From: Dimorphilus gyrociliatus
Lineage: Eukaryota > Animalia > Annelida
Assembly: GCA_904063045.1 (NCBI GenBank)
Contig: CAJFCJ010000020.1
Span: forward strand, 62,001-126,000
DNA length: 64,000 nucleotides
Reading direction: 5' to 3'
The number at the start of each line of letters is the position of its first letter. The stretch's first letter is position 1. A program made the position numbers and the translations under genes. The notes below the pieces were generated by a model. That model had not been told where the DNA came from. It did no database searches and saw only the letters and a program-made list of their open reading frames with translations. Positions 26,101-36,381 of the stretch are shown in pieces.

Positions 26101-28750
26101 TGTTACAATTAGGATGAATATTTACAGTAAACAGAACAAAGCTGCTTTGTATCATTTCTATTTTTCATACCAGAAAATTTCTCTCATTTCAACATTCATT
26201 TCTGTCTTGACAAATGCGTGACATCCATCAAATAATAGGACAAGATGAAAAAATATGTATAACCTTGAATTTCTCCTATATTTTAATCGGATTGCGCTCA
26301 TGTGAAGAATATTTGAGGAAACTTTAGGACGAAGAGAAACAAACGGAAGTCAATAAAATGGTCGGTTTTTATAGTTTTTTGAATAAATCATTCACGCCAG
26401 AGCGATAACATCGTCTAAAATACGTTTCGGTTTCGTTATGGATGATTGATGCGCATCGTCAAAAATTCTCAACGTTCAATCCATTTGTTAACACTTTTCC
26501 TCTAATGGAGTAAAATTTATAAGTGGTAACCTCGAATAAAGAGAAAATGATTTTGTATCCAAAAATAGAAGTTTGTATGCTCTCAAAGATTTCTGCTCGA
26601 AGCTCATCCTCGGGAGTATTAAAAAATATGACAGACACCTCAGAACCAATTAAATACGTGAGAATTTTTTTCTTGCAAGTAGTCAAAACAAATCCAGGAA
26701 TTAAGGTTGAGTCCTAGAAACAGCAAGCTGATAAGGTTCTGATTAAGTCTGTTTTGTTTCCAAAAGAAGGACCTTGAAGATTTCAACAGCGGGTATAAAC
26801 CGTCCACGTCAAAATAACTATAATTCTTTTCCATGCCTTTCACTAGAATTCCGTTGTTTGTTTGTTTTTTTTTCACTATTTTAATTTCACTATTAACCAA
26901 TTAGGTTGAATTTGTAGTAAAAGAACTGAAGAAATTCTCCTAATGAAATACATCTTCTTTGCGGTTTAAGAGAGCTTTTCGAGTAGCATTTGATCGAGAG
27001 GCGTTTATCTATAGTCTAATGGAATTTCAGCTTTTATGTTTTAGAAAGAAAGCTTTCATTGATATTTTGTACAAATCTACGAAAATGACTAATGTTTCAA
27101 AGATCAAGATTGGACACTTCAGAAATCAGATCACCCGAGTAGATCACACCATATCCAGATAAGCTTATACGTCAATGTCGATTAGTAAATTCCAATAATG
27201 AATAAATACGCCATCTACGGTTCATAATCGACATTAAGCTCCCGCTGTTTGTTTTTTATCATTAAATGAAATTTTGTTTTCAATTGAGTGGAGGGATCAG
27301 AAACACGAATAGAAAAAAGAGCAAGAAAAATTGATTTATACCAGTCAACTTATAGAATCGTAGTCAGTATAAAAGCAATGAGAGTTTTTTTCCCTATTGA
27401 ATTTATGGAAAATAACGAATGGATCGGTTATATGCTTTATTACAACTAGCAATTATCGGGATCGTAGCGCACTAACCAATAGACTAAAAGTTTATTTTTT
27501 GTTCCATCCTTCAATTTTTTAAAGGTTTTGTATTAATCGAATCGTTTAAAAAGAATCTTAGGAGAAAAAATGAAAGAACTCTTTACTTTATTAATGAAAA
27601 CTTGCATCTACTCTTTTATATGGATGCAAAATCTTTATTATAGAGTTGATATTCAATAATCGAAGGAGCTAGGGAAGATAGCGTTTTTTGCTCTAAAATG
27701 TTAAGTGATTGCCGGTGGTAATTTACACAGGGAAAATGATTGTCAAAAGATTGTTAAGGATATGAAAATTTATCTTACTTGTATATTTATATAAACTTAC
27801 TAGAGGCAGTGTTGATCTATTACTATTATGCGTAATAATAAATTGAGAAAGTGTATATCAAATTCAGATATATAATATATATACTGTATATTTAGATATA
27901 TAAATATATATGCTCCCTGAAACCTTTCTATAAATATATTTATAATAGAAGAAAACCGTAGAAAATGATAATATATTGATGCTGCGAGAAAGATTTATCA
28001 AAAGCATGGTGAGAAGAATAGGGATTTTTCTATTATCTAATATCGATAGTGTACAAACAAGATTCAATTGTATTTTAAATGGAAAACAAAACAAGTTAAT
28101 ACAGCGTTCCGGTCATGGCTGAAATGGGCAAAAGTCGAATTAACTGAAGGAGTTTGATGGATGGTAAACAATGCTGCTATTCGTGTAGCACAAACTTTAA
28201 GCTTTCGCCTTTCCTTTTCACCAATGATATTTCATTCTAAAAATCACGCACTGAATCCTTTATATGTTTCATAAACGTGTTTTTCGCTTAATTAGCACGA
28301 ATGTGTTGATTGGTGGCAGATGGGTAAAATATGTTTTGATTTACACTATAGATTTTTCGTGACACTTGAAATACAAAATATATAAGTTCTCTTTTCATAT
28401 TTCAGCAAGTAAAATCATTTATATGTGTGATATATATATATACAGTATATAGTATATATACTATATATTCATTGTGGCCTGCATATATACAAATTTGTTT
28501 ATATTTATACAATATATATAAACTTTTCTCTATTTCACCATTATTTACATCTCTGGTGTTTATTTAAGGAGTTTTGTAATTAAATAATTAAAAAATTACC
28601 TTTTTTCTACATTCTTTGTCAAATATGGAGAAATAACCCTTTGATAAGACAAAAAAGCACGAAAGAGGAATAGATTGGTAACTCAAATACCGGACAATCC
28701 AAAAATTCCACATTCATTCGCTCTGACATTATTACAAACGATTTTTTAAA

Positions 28751-29854
28751 TTATTCACCCTCCTCGTCTAAGGAATGTCGTTTAGCATCTATAGTTGAAA
28801 ATTTTACAAGAGAGCTCCGGTAGGTTGTCATATAATAGCTACGTCCATCTGTGGATGGAGATCTCAAAGTGGGTGGTGAAGAAATACAGGGTAAAAAACG
28901 TGCAAATAGTCTTTTATATCCTTCACGTATCTCTCTCATACGAACACCATAAATAACAGGATTAATGAGGAAGTTAAACATGGGAAAAAAGTCTGTCCCA
29001 AAAAATTTTAAGTCAACTACCCATGAGGGTATAGTTGTGATATTAACATGAAAGGTAACAAAAGACATTACCATATAAGGTAACCAAAACAGGAAGAGAA
29101 CTCCGGTAAGTAGGGCGGTCGTCAGGAAGGCTTTAAAATTACGTTCCGTTTCGCTACGATTATCCCTTCTATTTAAATTTCCAGTTTGACGTCTAAGCGG
29201 CTGTTGTGTAAGTTCTGGAATACGCCTTCGGTAGGCAATGACTTCTCGATATATAAGAAGATAAAGGAAGATAATTAGTAGAACAAGAGCACTAAGAGCA
29301 TATGCACAAATTTCTATGCACCTTTGCGACCACGACTGTACAAACTGCACGCAACTTGGGCCGTTTTTGAATATAACAGTAATCGCAGGAGTGAGAGATA
29401 TGACTATTGAAGTAATCCATAAACTCAAAATTCCTGTTAAAGCAACACGTTTTGTTAAACGTGTGGCGGCAAATAATGGATTGCAGATAGAGACACATTG
29501 CTTCGCTGCAAGGCTTAGTAGCGCAAATAGAGTTGAGAAGAGAGAAAAAATTAGAGGAAAAGCTAAGCCCAGTAACTTAAACAAACAATACTTGGTCGGA
29601 TTGTCGTTAGGTATCACTCTAGGCAGTAATAAAGGTGACACTTTATAGAACCACAGGAGTAAACTACCTAACATATCAGAAGCGGCAAGATTAAACAGGA
29701 GAAGGTGATGAACTGTTCTCGGAACTCTCATATGCAGCATAGCAGCAGCTGAAAGAATGTTGAAGACGACTCCAGTAGCCATCAAAGTTGAATAAGGTAT
29801 TAAACGTCTGCTGTACATTGAAAACATACCAGCTGTAGAGTTGTTAGTAGCCAT
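28751..29854 (-). CDS. Orphan class A (rhodopsin-like) GPCR, intronless, ~367 aa
   Basis: Seven hydrophobic segments with TM1 FN, TM2 NLAASD, TM3 SLAAKQCVSICNPL, TM4 W, TM6 FWLPY and TM7 NPVIY. N-terminal NNST glycosylation sequon. Start placed at the first ATG (MATNNST, 29854) rather than the track start at 29953. Confidence 0.9.
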   Translation of the reverse strand: MATNNSTAGMFSMYSRRLIPYSTLMATGVVFNILSAAAMLHMRVPRTVHHLLLFNLAASDMLGSLLLWFYKVSPLLLPRVIPNDNPTKYCLFKLLGLAFPLIFSLFSTLFALLSLAAKQCVSICNPLFAATRLTKRVALTGILSLWITSIVISLTPAITVIFKNGPSCVQFVQSWSQRCIEICAYALSALVLLIIFLYLLIYREVIAYRRRIPELTQQPLRRQTGNLNRRDNRSETERNFKAFLTTALLTGVLFLFWLPYMVMSFVTFHVNITTIPSWVVDLKFFGTDFFPMFNFLINPVIYGVRMREIREGYKRLFARFLPCISSPPTLRSPSTDGRSYYMTTYRSSLVKFSTIDAKRHSLDEEGE

Positions 29855-31760
29855 CGTTGCCGTTGCTCTCTTTATTGCAGACTGCCGCCGATGAAGGTGG
29901 CGCCTGTCTCTGAAAGCGTCAATTTTCAAAAACCGCCCACAAATCTCTTCCACATACGTTTTATAAGTAATATTTTAGCTATCAATTTTTCTAATTAATA
30001 AGGAATCAAGAATACTCACAATAGGCAAATTATTAAATTAACTGAAGTTAAGAGGATGATCTAAATAACTGAACGCAAAGTCTCCACTTTCTCGTTAACA
30101 ACACCAGACTTAATACGATCAGATTTGATAGACTAACAGGCACGGTATCTGTATGAAAACGTCGATAATTACCGGTAAAACGTTAACGAGTGGCCGTATG
30201 GTAGCTGAAAGGATTAACTTACACGCTACGTAAATAAGGTTTGGTTGGACTTGAGAAATATGCAGATGCATTTGCCATTTCATTTACTCAACACAATCGG
30301 ACCCGGAAGTGGATTTTCAGGTAGGAAAATTTCCGCTCCTTCCGCATTTGGGTCCGCCTTTTTGCTCGCTTGTCTGACTGTTTTTATTGCCACCTTGTTG
30401 ACTTTATCCGGCGTTGTTGCTAGATGAGAGTAGGTGAATGAAAAAAAAGGATGTAAAAGGGCAGCAGGAAAATCCTTTTCCGCTCTTTTCGTCGAATCAA
30501 ATTCCCATTCCGTCAAAGGATCAAAAATTATTTTGACTGATCGGTCAATCGATAAAACGAACCGTGCCTTTCTTTTATCTAAGTTAAATCGAAGTAAGTA
30601 GAGGGATATACGCAACGCTCCGCAAAGCTTTAAAGTTATTTCATAGGTAATTAATGGGAATAGAACACAGCTAAATACAATCTCGTCAGTCAATTTTCCT
30701 GCCCTCTCTCCGGATTTGGCTCCGATTTCTTCTTCATTTACGCCTGGGTATTTTCTTCCATTAATCTTCTGTTTCCCAGGTAAACAGTTGACTTTTACGA
30801 GTTACACAGAGGTCTGGGTTTCTGATCAACGATTTTTCTAAATAATGCGAATATAATCATTGAAAGGTAAACGTGCTACGTTAAGTAAGAATTGGCCCGA
30901 AAAGAATGATTGTCATTATTTATAGCATTTTGACAGCAAACAATTTTGTTCTTAAGTAATTTCCGTGAATTATAGCTTTTTACGTATGTCATTTTTATAT
31001 ACAAAAAAAGAATAAAAAAGAGAAAACCTAGGGTTGAAAACGAAGATGCATAAAAAGACAGAACACGCATCATATCCTCGGGTTATTATCATGAGATAAC
31101 CGTTTCGTATATGCTTTGAAAAGTAAGCAAATGGATTTGTAAGATATCAGATAGGCGAAACTATGACCAGCGTATGGACGCTTATTTACGGTTGGTTGTA
31201 CATACATTGCCACCGAAAATCAAATAATTATCTTGCCTCTCTTTCCTCCACTTCTTCTCTTTATTTGTTCCAAAAAAGAGGAAGCCTTTTCATCCGTTAG
31301 CAATCAAAAAGCACGTTCCATTAGAAAACGAAAACGTCATGGCTTTTAATCACGCTAAAGTCGTTTGATTGGCTTAGATCGTCTAAATAGCAAAAGTAAT
31401 TATACGATACGTTTAACTCGGCTGAAATAACAGAATTGCCAGCGAATATAATAAAAGGGGTCGAAAGGTCGTAATGATTGCGTCTAGCCTATGGGCTACC
31501 GGCTCGTTTGCAAACTACTTGTCGACCAGCGCAATCCAGCCTTAATTGATTACACAATAAGCAAATTTCCTTCTTTCATCGTTAGCGCTCAGTGTAAATA
31601 TTGGGCGGAGTTTGCATAATTAGTTTGCGTTAAACTATTTGGAAAGTGATAACGATTGCAATTCAATACGCCTGTCAATGTTCTAAACTCATTCATTGAT
31701 CAGATGCCGTTCATTTAAGTAATGAACTTCGAGCAGAATTGACTTTAGCTAAAAAAAAGT

Positions 31761-32663
31761 ATGGCTTTTTTGCTAAGTAACGAAGGGATAAAAGACAATG
31801 ACATGTTGGATGAAATTCGGTGTAATCCTCTCTTTCCTTCTTTGCAGTTAGCTTTACATACTTATATAGCAGGTGATCAGAAAGTTCATCATATTTGCTC
31901 TCAGCCATTTCCTTCAACTTCATCAGAAGAATCTTCAAGTTCAACGGACAATCAATTACCGAAGGATAATCAATTACAAAATATTCCTCATACTCTAATT
32001 TCTACTGTTAATAATAGAGAAGAAATCGAAAGGACTGTGTATAACTTGCACGTGAATTTGGAGAGGCAATTTGCCGAAATCAGAGCTTACAGGAATTCTC
32101 AAATAAGCGACCTGATGAATTATTACTACAAGCAACGCCATCTTTCCTATTACCATAAGCAAGCAGACTTATCTAAAGTCGACCCTAATGACATAGAATA
32201 CAGTAGTAAAGTTGATGGGATACAAATCGACCATGATCTTCGATTAATTTCAATAACGCAAAGAATCCAGCAAGAATTTGACATGATTCGATCGAATATG
32301 TTTTATGAGCCTAACCAGAGATATGAGCCTTATAATATGGCTCACAGGCAAATGCAAAACGAAGTTAAAGCGAAAAGTTCAGGTAGAACTCGCGGTTCTT
32401 ATAAGCTGGACCCAAAGGCCACAAAGATTTTAGAAGAATGGTGGGCGAAGAATTCTCATCATCCCTATATGACTCAAATGGTTAAAATAACCATGTCGCG
32501 TCTTAGCGGTCTTACTGTTAATCAAGTGAATTCGTGGATTTCGAATAAAAGGAATCGAACAATGTCTACTCGACCCAAGAGAGCAAAGATGAGCGAAGGG
32601 GTAAGCGTTTATGATAGAAAGAAGAGGGCAGAAGAGTTGGTGGAATATGCTTTTTCTAGTTAA
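31761..32663 (+). CDS. Divergent TALE-class homeodomain protein (SPILE / spiralian TALE-like), intronless, 300 aa
   Basis: Homeodomain at aa ~209-268 (LDPKATKILEEWWAKNSHHPYMT...GLTVNQVNSWISNKRNR) aligns to PBX/MEIS with the three-residue loop extension. N-terminal IRCNPLFPSLQLAL resembles the MEINOX HPLFPLL motif. Confidence 0.88.
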   Translation: MAFLLSNEGIKDNDMLDEIRCNPLFPSLQLALHTYIAGDQKVHHICSQPFPSTSSEESSSSTDNQLPKDNQLQNIPHTLISTVNNREEIERTVYNLHVNLERQFAEIRAYRNSQISDLMNYYYKQRHLSYYHKQADLSKVDPNDIEYSSKVDGIQIDHDLRLISITQRIQQEFDMIRSNMFYEPNQRYEPYNMAHRQMQNEVKAKSSGRTRGSYKLDPKATKILEEWWAKNSHHPYMTQMVKITMSRLSGLTVNQVNSWISNKRNRTMSTRPKRAKMSEGVSVYDRKKRAEELVEYAFSS

Positions 32664-33047
32664 ATGGACTGTAGATGGCGTTATCGTGTCTTTCTCAAAA
32701 TACAGTTTTGTAGTCATTTAAACTTGATTAGAAAACTTGAAATTGTTAATTTTTTTCTTTTCGACTGATAACATGTAGTACAAACAATTACATAGCAGAA
32801 CGATTGAAACGTAAAAATGATTCAGAATTGCCTGAATTTTAGGGAATATGGTAACGATGAGAGGGCTCGTAGCTTTTTTCATGATAAATTGCTTGTTCCT
32901 CCACCCCATCAAAGAAGGAATCTCGGCTAAACATTCCCGATTCTTTCGTCGTGTCTACAGCTAATTAGGCATCTTAAGAAACGACTGCTGCATATAACCT
33001 GCGCTTAATAGACGAGCAAACAGTACAATATATTCCTTGCCATGTTT

Positions 33048-35079
33048 TTATACAGCAGGTTTAGTGAGGGGGCAGAAAACGAGAATTGTGATCGACGATA
33101 GGAAGGACCCGATGAGAAAGAGCCAGAATAAAAATCTATCCATAATGTGAGCAACTAGACGCCAATCATTAATAATGTCCTGCATGTCATCTTCGTCGCC
33201 ACTTTTCGAGACGAGAATACGTAAATGATTGGATAAACCGTCATATGAGACGTTGCGGTCGGCTGAACCGACCTGTATGTCGGGAACGTGAGATCGAAGT
33301 CGTCCGTTGTTCTGGTCTTCTAAATTTGATAGAGCTATTTCGTCAGCTCTGTTCTGATCCGTTTGGCGGGTATAGTAGTGTTTCAAGTGCGATTTCATGC
33401 ACAATAGACGACCTATACCCTCGATTACTAACTTTCTCACTAATAGAGGCACTGCCTTCTGATGTGGACCGACATGATGTAGTTGAAGGACGAACACTGT
33501 TAAAACTATCGATAACGATGTCATTGCCATTGTAACGGTTAAATAGATTCCTATTAGGGGTACAAATTCCGACGTTGCAGGCATACTCTCAGCAATTAAC
33601 AGCATGAAAACTGAGAAGGCTAATAGTACTGTAATACCCAAAGTTATCTTTTCACCAGAGTCTGGAGGCAACCAGAAGCCGAGAAGCGATAGCACAGTTA
33701 ACCACAAACATGGGAATATTATGTTAAACAGATAATATAAAGTTCGCCTTCTCATTACAATATAGAAAGTTACATCCGGATATGGTTCATCGCAGCATCC
33801 ATAATGAACTTCATTACGTATCATTTTTATATATAATAATTGCCATTCTCCAGAAAACACGTAGTTATCCAAATCGATTACTTCAGAGCGATTGGTTATA
33901 TCCACCTGATGTCCATCATAAGTCCAGCTACCAAACTTCATATGGCATTTCTGATCGTCGAACGGGAAGTAAGTGATGTCGATCTTACAGCTGAAAAAAG
34001 TTTTTACACCTGCTTTAAATCGGATTCTAAAAAATCGACTAATTAATAATGGGCGTTTCGTAGATGGTGTGCATATTAGTGGGTATTTATATATGTATGC
34101 TTGTGTAGTCTACTAAAATTGTCTTATTTATCTTAATACAGTATATACTGTATTTATATCTATGTATGTTTTTCAGTTCATGCCTTTACATCGCTGTGAA
34201 AACAAACTAGTAGTCCGAACTCGCTCCAATATTGATCGATGAAAATTGATTATGTTTCGCAAGTGTCTAGTCATTGATCTTTGTCCTATAAATCTATCAA
34301 TATCTACGAGGAATGCTGCCAAAATTCTAATGGAGTTGGAAAGAGATAAGAAAGGGTGTGGGAAGAAATTTACGACAACACGGCTCACTTTTACCCTCTT
34401 TCCCCTTCGCCCTTTGCTCCTCTTCTTTCCCCATAAACTTATTTGCTTTACGCATATAATGAGAGAAAGAACGTCATAAACTGTTAAAGAGATTTTTTTA
34501 ACTAGTATGAAAATATCTATTTTCCCTTTCAGTATTGTAAATATTAGGTTAGAAAAGCAGACAATACCCTGTCAAACATTTGTCTCACTATCAACTTGTA
34601 ATACAAGACGATATGACCATTCTAGGGGATTAACAATCAATTACTAATTGAAACAAACCTAGAACGCAATTTCGCTGGAGGCGGCCAAAAAACGTTGCCT
34701 TTAGACGTAACCATAGCCTTAGTTTGCATAAAGCCCTCGGTAAAGTCATCGGCACTATTATATAAAACAATATCCGGAAGCCAGATTCTTTGACAAGGGA
34801 TTCTTAACACTTCTAACCCGTTGTAATCGCTCGGGTCCCACGTTAATCGTTCATCCGTCCATTCTTGTTCCAGCCACACGTTAGTTGTTAATACTTGATT
34901 TACTTCATCCATATCGGCTATTTGGGTAAGGGTCAGACCAAACTTCACAGTTACAGTCTTACTCGCATTATATACGGGTCTGGCGGCTGTGTTGTAATCA
35001 TAGAGGATAGTCTCAAGAAGACGTTGCTCATCAGGAACAACTGCCTTCCTCTTTCTTGGTATAAGAGAATAATCAGGTC
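33048..35079 (-). CDS. Nicotinic acetylcholine receptor alpha subunit (cation-type, alpha9/10-like or lophotrochozoan clade); exons 34659-35079 and 33048-33990, signal-peptide exon not fixed
   Basis: Splicing TCTAG/gtttgt to ttttttcag/C rebuilds the Cys-loop SCKIDITYFPFDDQKC. Also present: loop A WLPDIVLYN, loop B WTYD, loop C vicinal YGCCDEPY, M1-M2 PPDSGEK and four TM helices. Acceptor ttttatttcccag at 35080. Confidence 0.95.
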
Positions 35080-36232
35080 CTGGGAAATAAAATTAGAGAA
35101 AAGAACTAAAAAAATTCAGTATTTTTTTTCTTTTTAGTAACTGTAACAATTATAAAGAAAACTAAGATAAGATCAAGTGAAAGTATGATAAAAGGGGAGA
35201 AGAGGGAGACTACGTAGGGGGTGGCAAGGTAGATTCGTGCTTTAACAAAAAAAAGAAAACAAAATACATGAAAGCTTTCTCTGTCTACCAAGACATTTAT
35301 AACCTACCGTATCCTGTAGAGTGGCCATATTGGTTTCTACTTCTTCTTGAATCGTAATTGTCTTTATTCAATAGTTTTTTGTGCTTAAAGCTGCTGCTGC
35401 CTCCTTTTTTTTGTAAAATTTATTAACGATTTAAAAAGCAATTTACTATATCCATATCCGTTATTGTTATTTATATGACCTTATATTTTCAATACAAATG
35501 GACTGAGGTACATAGGTTTATTATATTGTACGTATACTGAATATGATATACCTATGTAATTTATTTGTTGAAGTAATTAATTCCATGTAATTAAACTGTT
35601 CGATTGTATCAAGATATGAAAATTGTATAATAATTAGTATGCATTACATAAGCAATGAGAAGAAATAGTCTTTTTTCGATCATTTCAACATAAAGAAGCT
35701 CTTAAGTAATGACTTAGCGTTCCAAACAGACTTGGAATGGATTTTATTGCCAATAGAAAGTAAAGAGAACATTTTTTTTCTCCTTCATTTTAGTAACAGT
35801 AACTTTCGAGCGGAAATTTTTCGTTTCATTTTACGGTTTGGCTTATATATTCAGGGGGAAAGTTTTTCTTCTCCTACGTCTCTTTTCTTTTAGCGCTAAC
35901 CCTTTTCTTTAGAACTTTTCTAAACTTAGAAAGGTGAATGAAAGCATGATAACTTTGTTTTCTCATCTACCGACCTTTTAACCCCTCAGTCGATACATAA
36001 TAGGCAAAAAAAATAGAGTAGAAAAAATAATTTATAGACGGATATTTTTTGTAAGAAAGTAAAGTCGTTGGTGAAAAAAGATAAAAGAAAACAACTTACT
36101 GCTTTTCGTAGATGTTACGACAGCTAGTGTGGTGAGGAGTAAAAGGAGTTTAACTAATCGCATCTCTTCACCCGGCTGCACTTGACCTGCGGGCAGTCAG
36201 TCACTATTTTTCCGTAAAACAAGCAATGAGTA

Positions 36233-36381
36233 CCGAGTATAAAAATCAAAAAAAAATTGTGTAAGAAGAAGGCACAGCCCAGCCTCCAAAAAAAACACCT
36301 AAAAGGTTGTCGTACTTTAAGAGAGCGTTTCAACGTCAAAGGTTGGGTTGTTGACCCAGTACTCCGGCGTTCATTAAGCAT
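36233..36381 (-). CDS. Candidate first (signal-peptide) exon of the nAChR subunit
   Basis: ATG ORF with a hydrophobic stretch (CFFWRLGCAFFLHNFFLIFIL). A phase-1 GT (CTCG/gtactc) would fit the phase of the 35079 exon, but it is a weak donor. Confidence 0.25.

Noticed and set aside
26459-26900. Overlapping minus-strand ORFs that look vaguely protein-like (possible pseudogene)
   Set aside because: No recognisable motif, no convincing splice structure, non-ATG starts.
27174-27235. 11-bp inverted repeat AATGTCGATTA / TAATCGACATT with a 40-nt spacer
   Set aside because: About one such match is expected by chance in 64 kb of AT-rich DNA; no TSD or extended pairing.
29292-33976. Small ORFs overlapping the GPCR, TALE and nAChR CDSs (e.g. 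29316+, 31711-, 32430-, 33245+)
   Set aside because: Antisense or alternate-frame shadows of well-supported genes.
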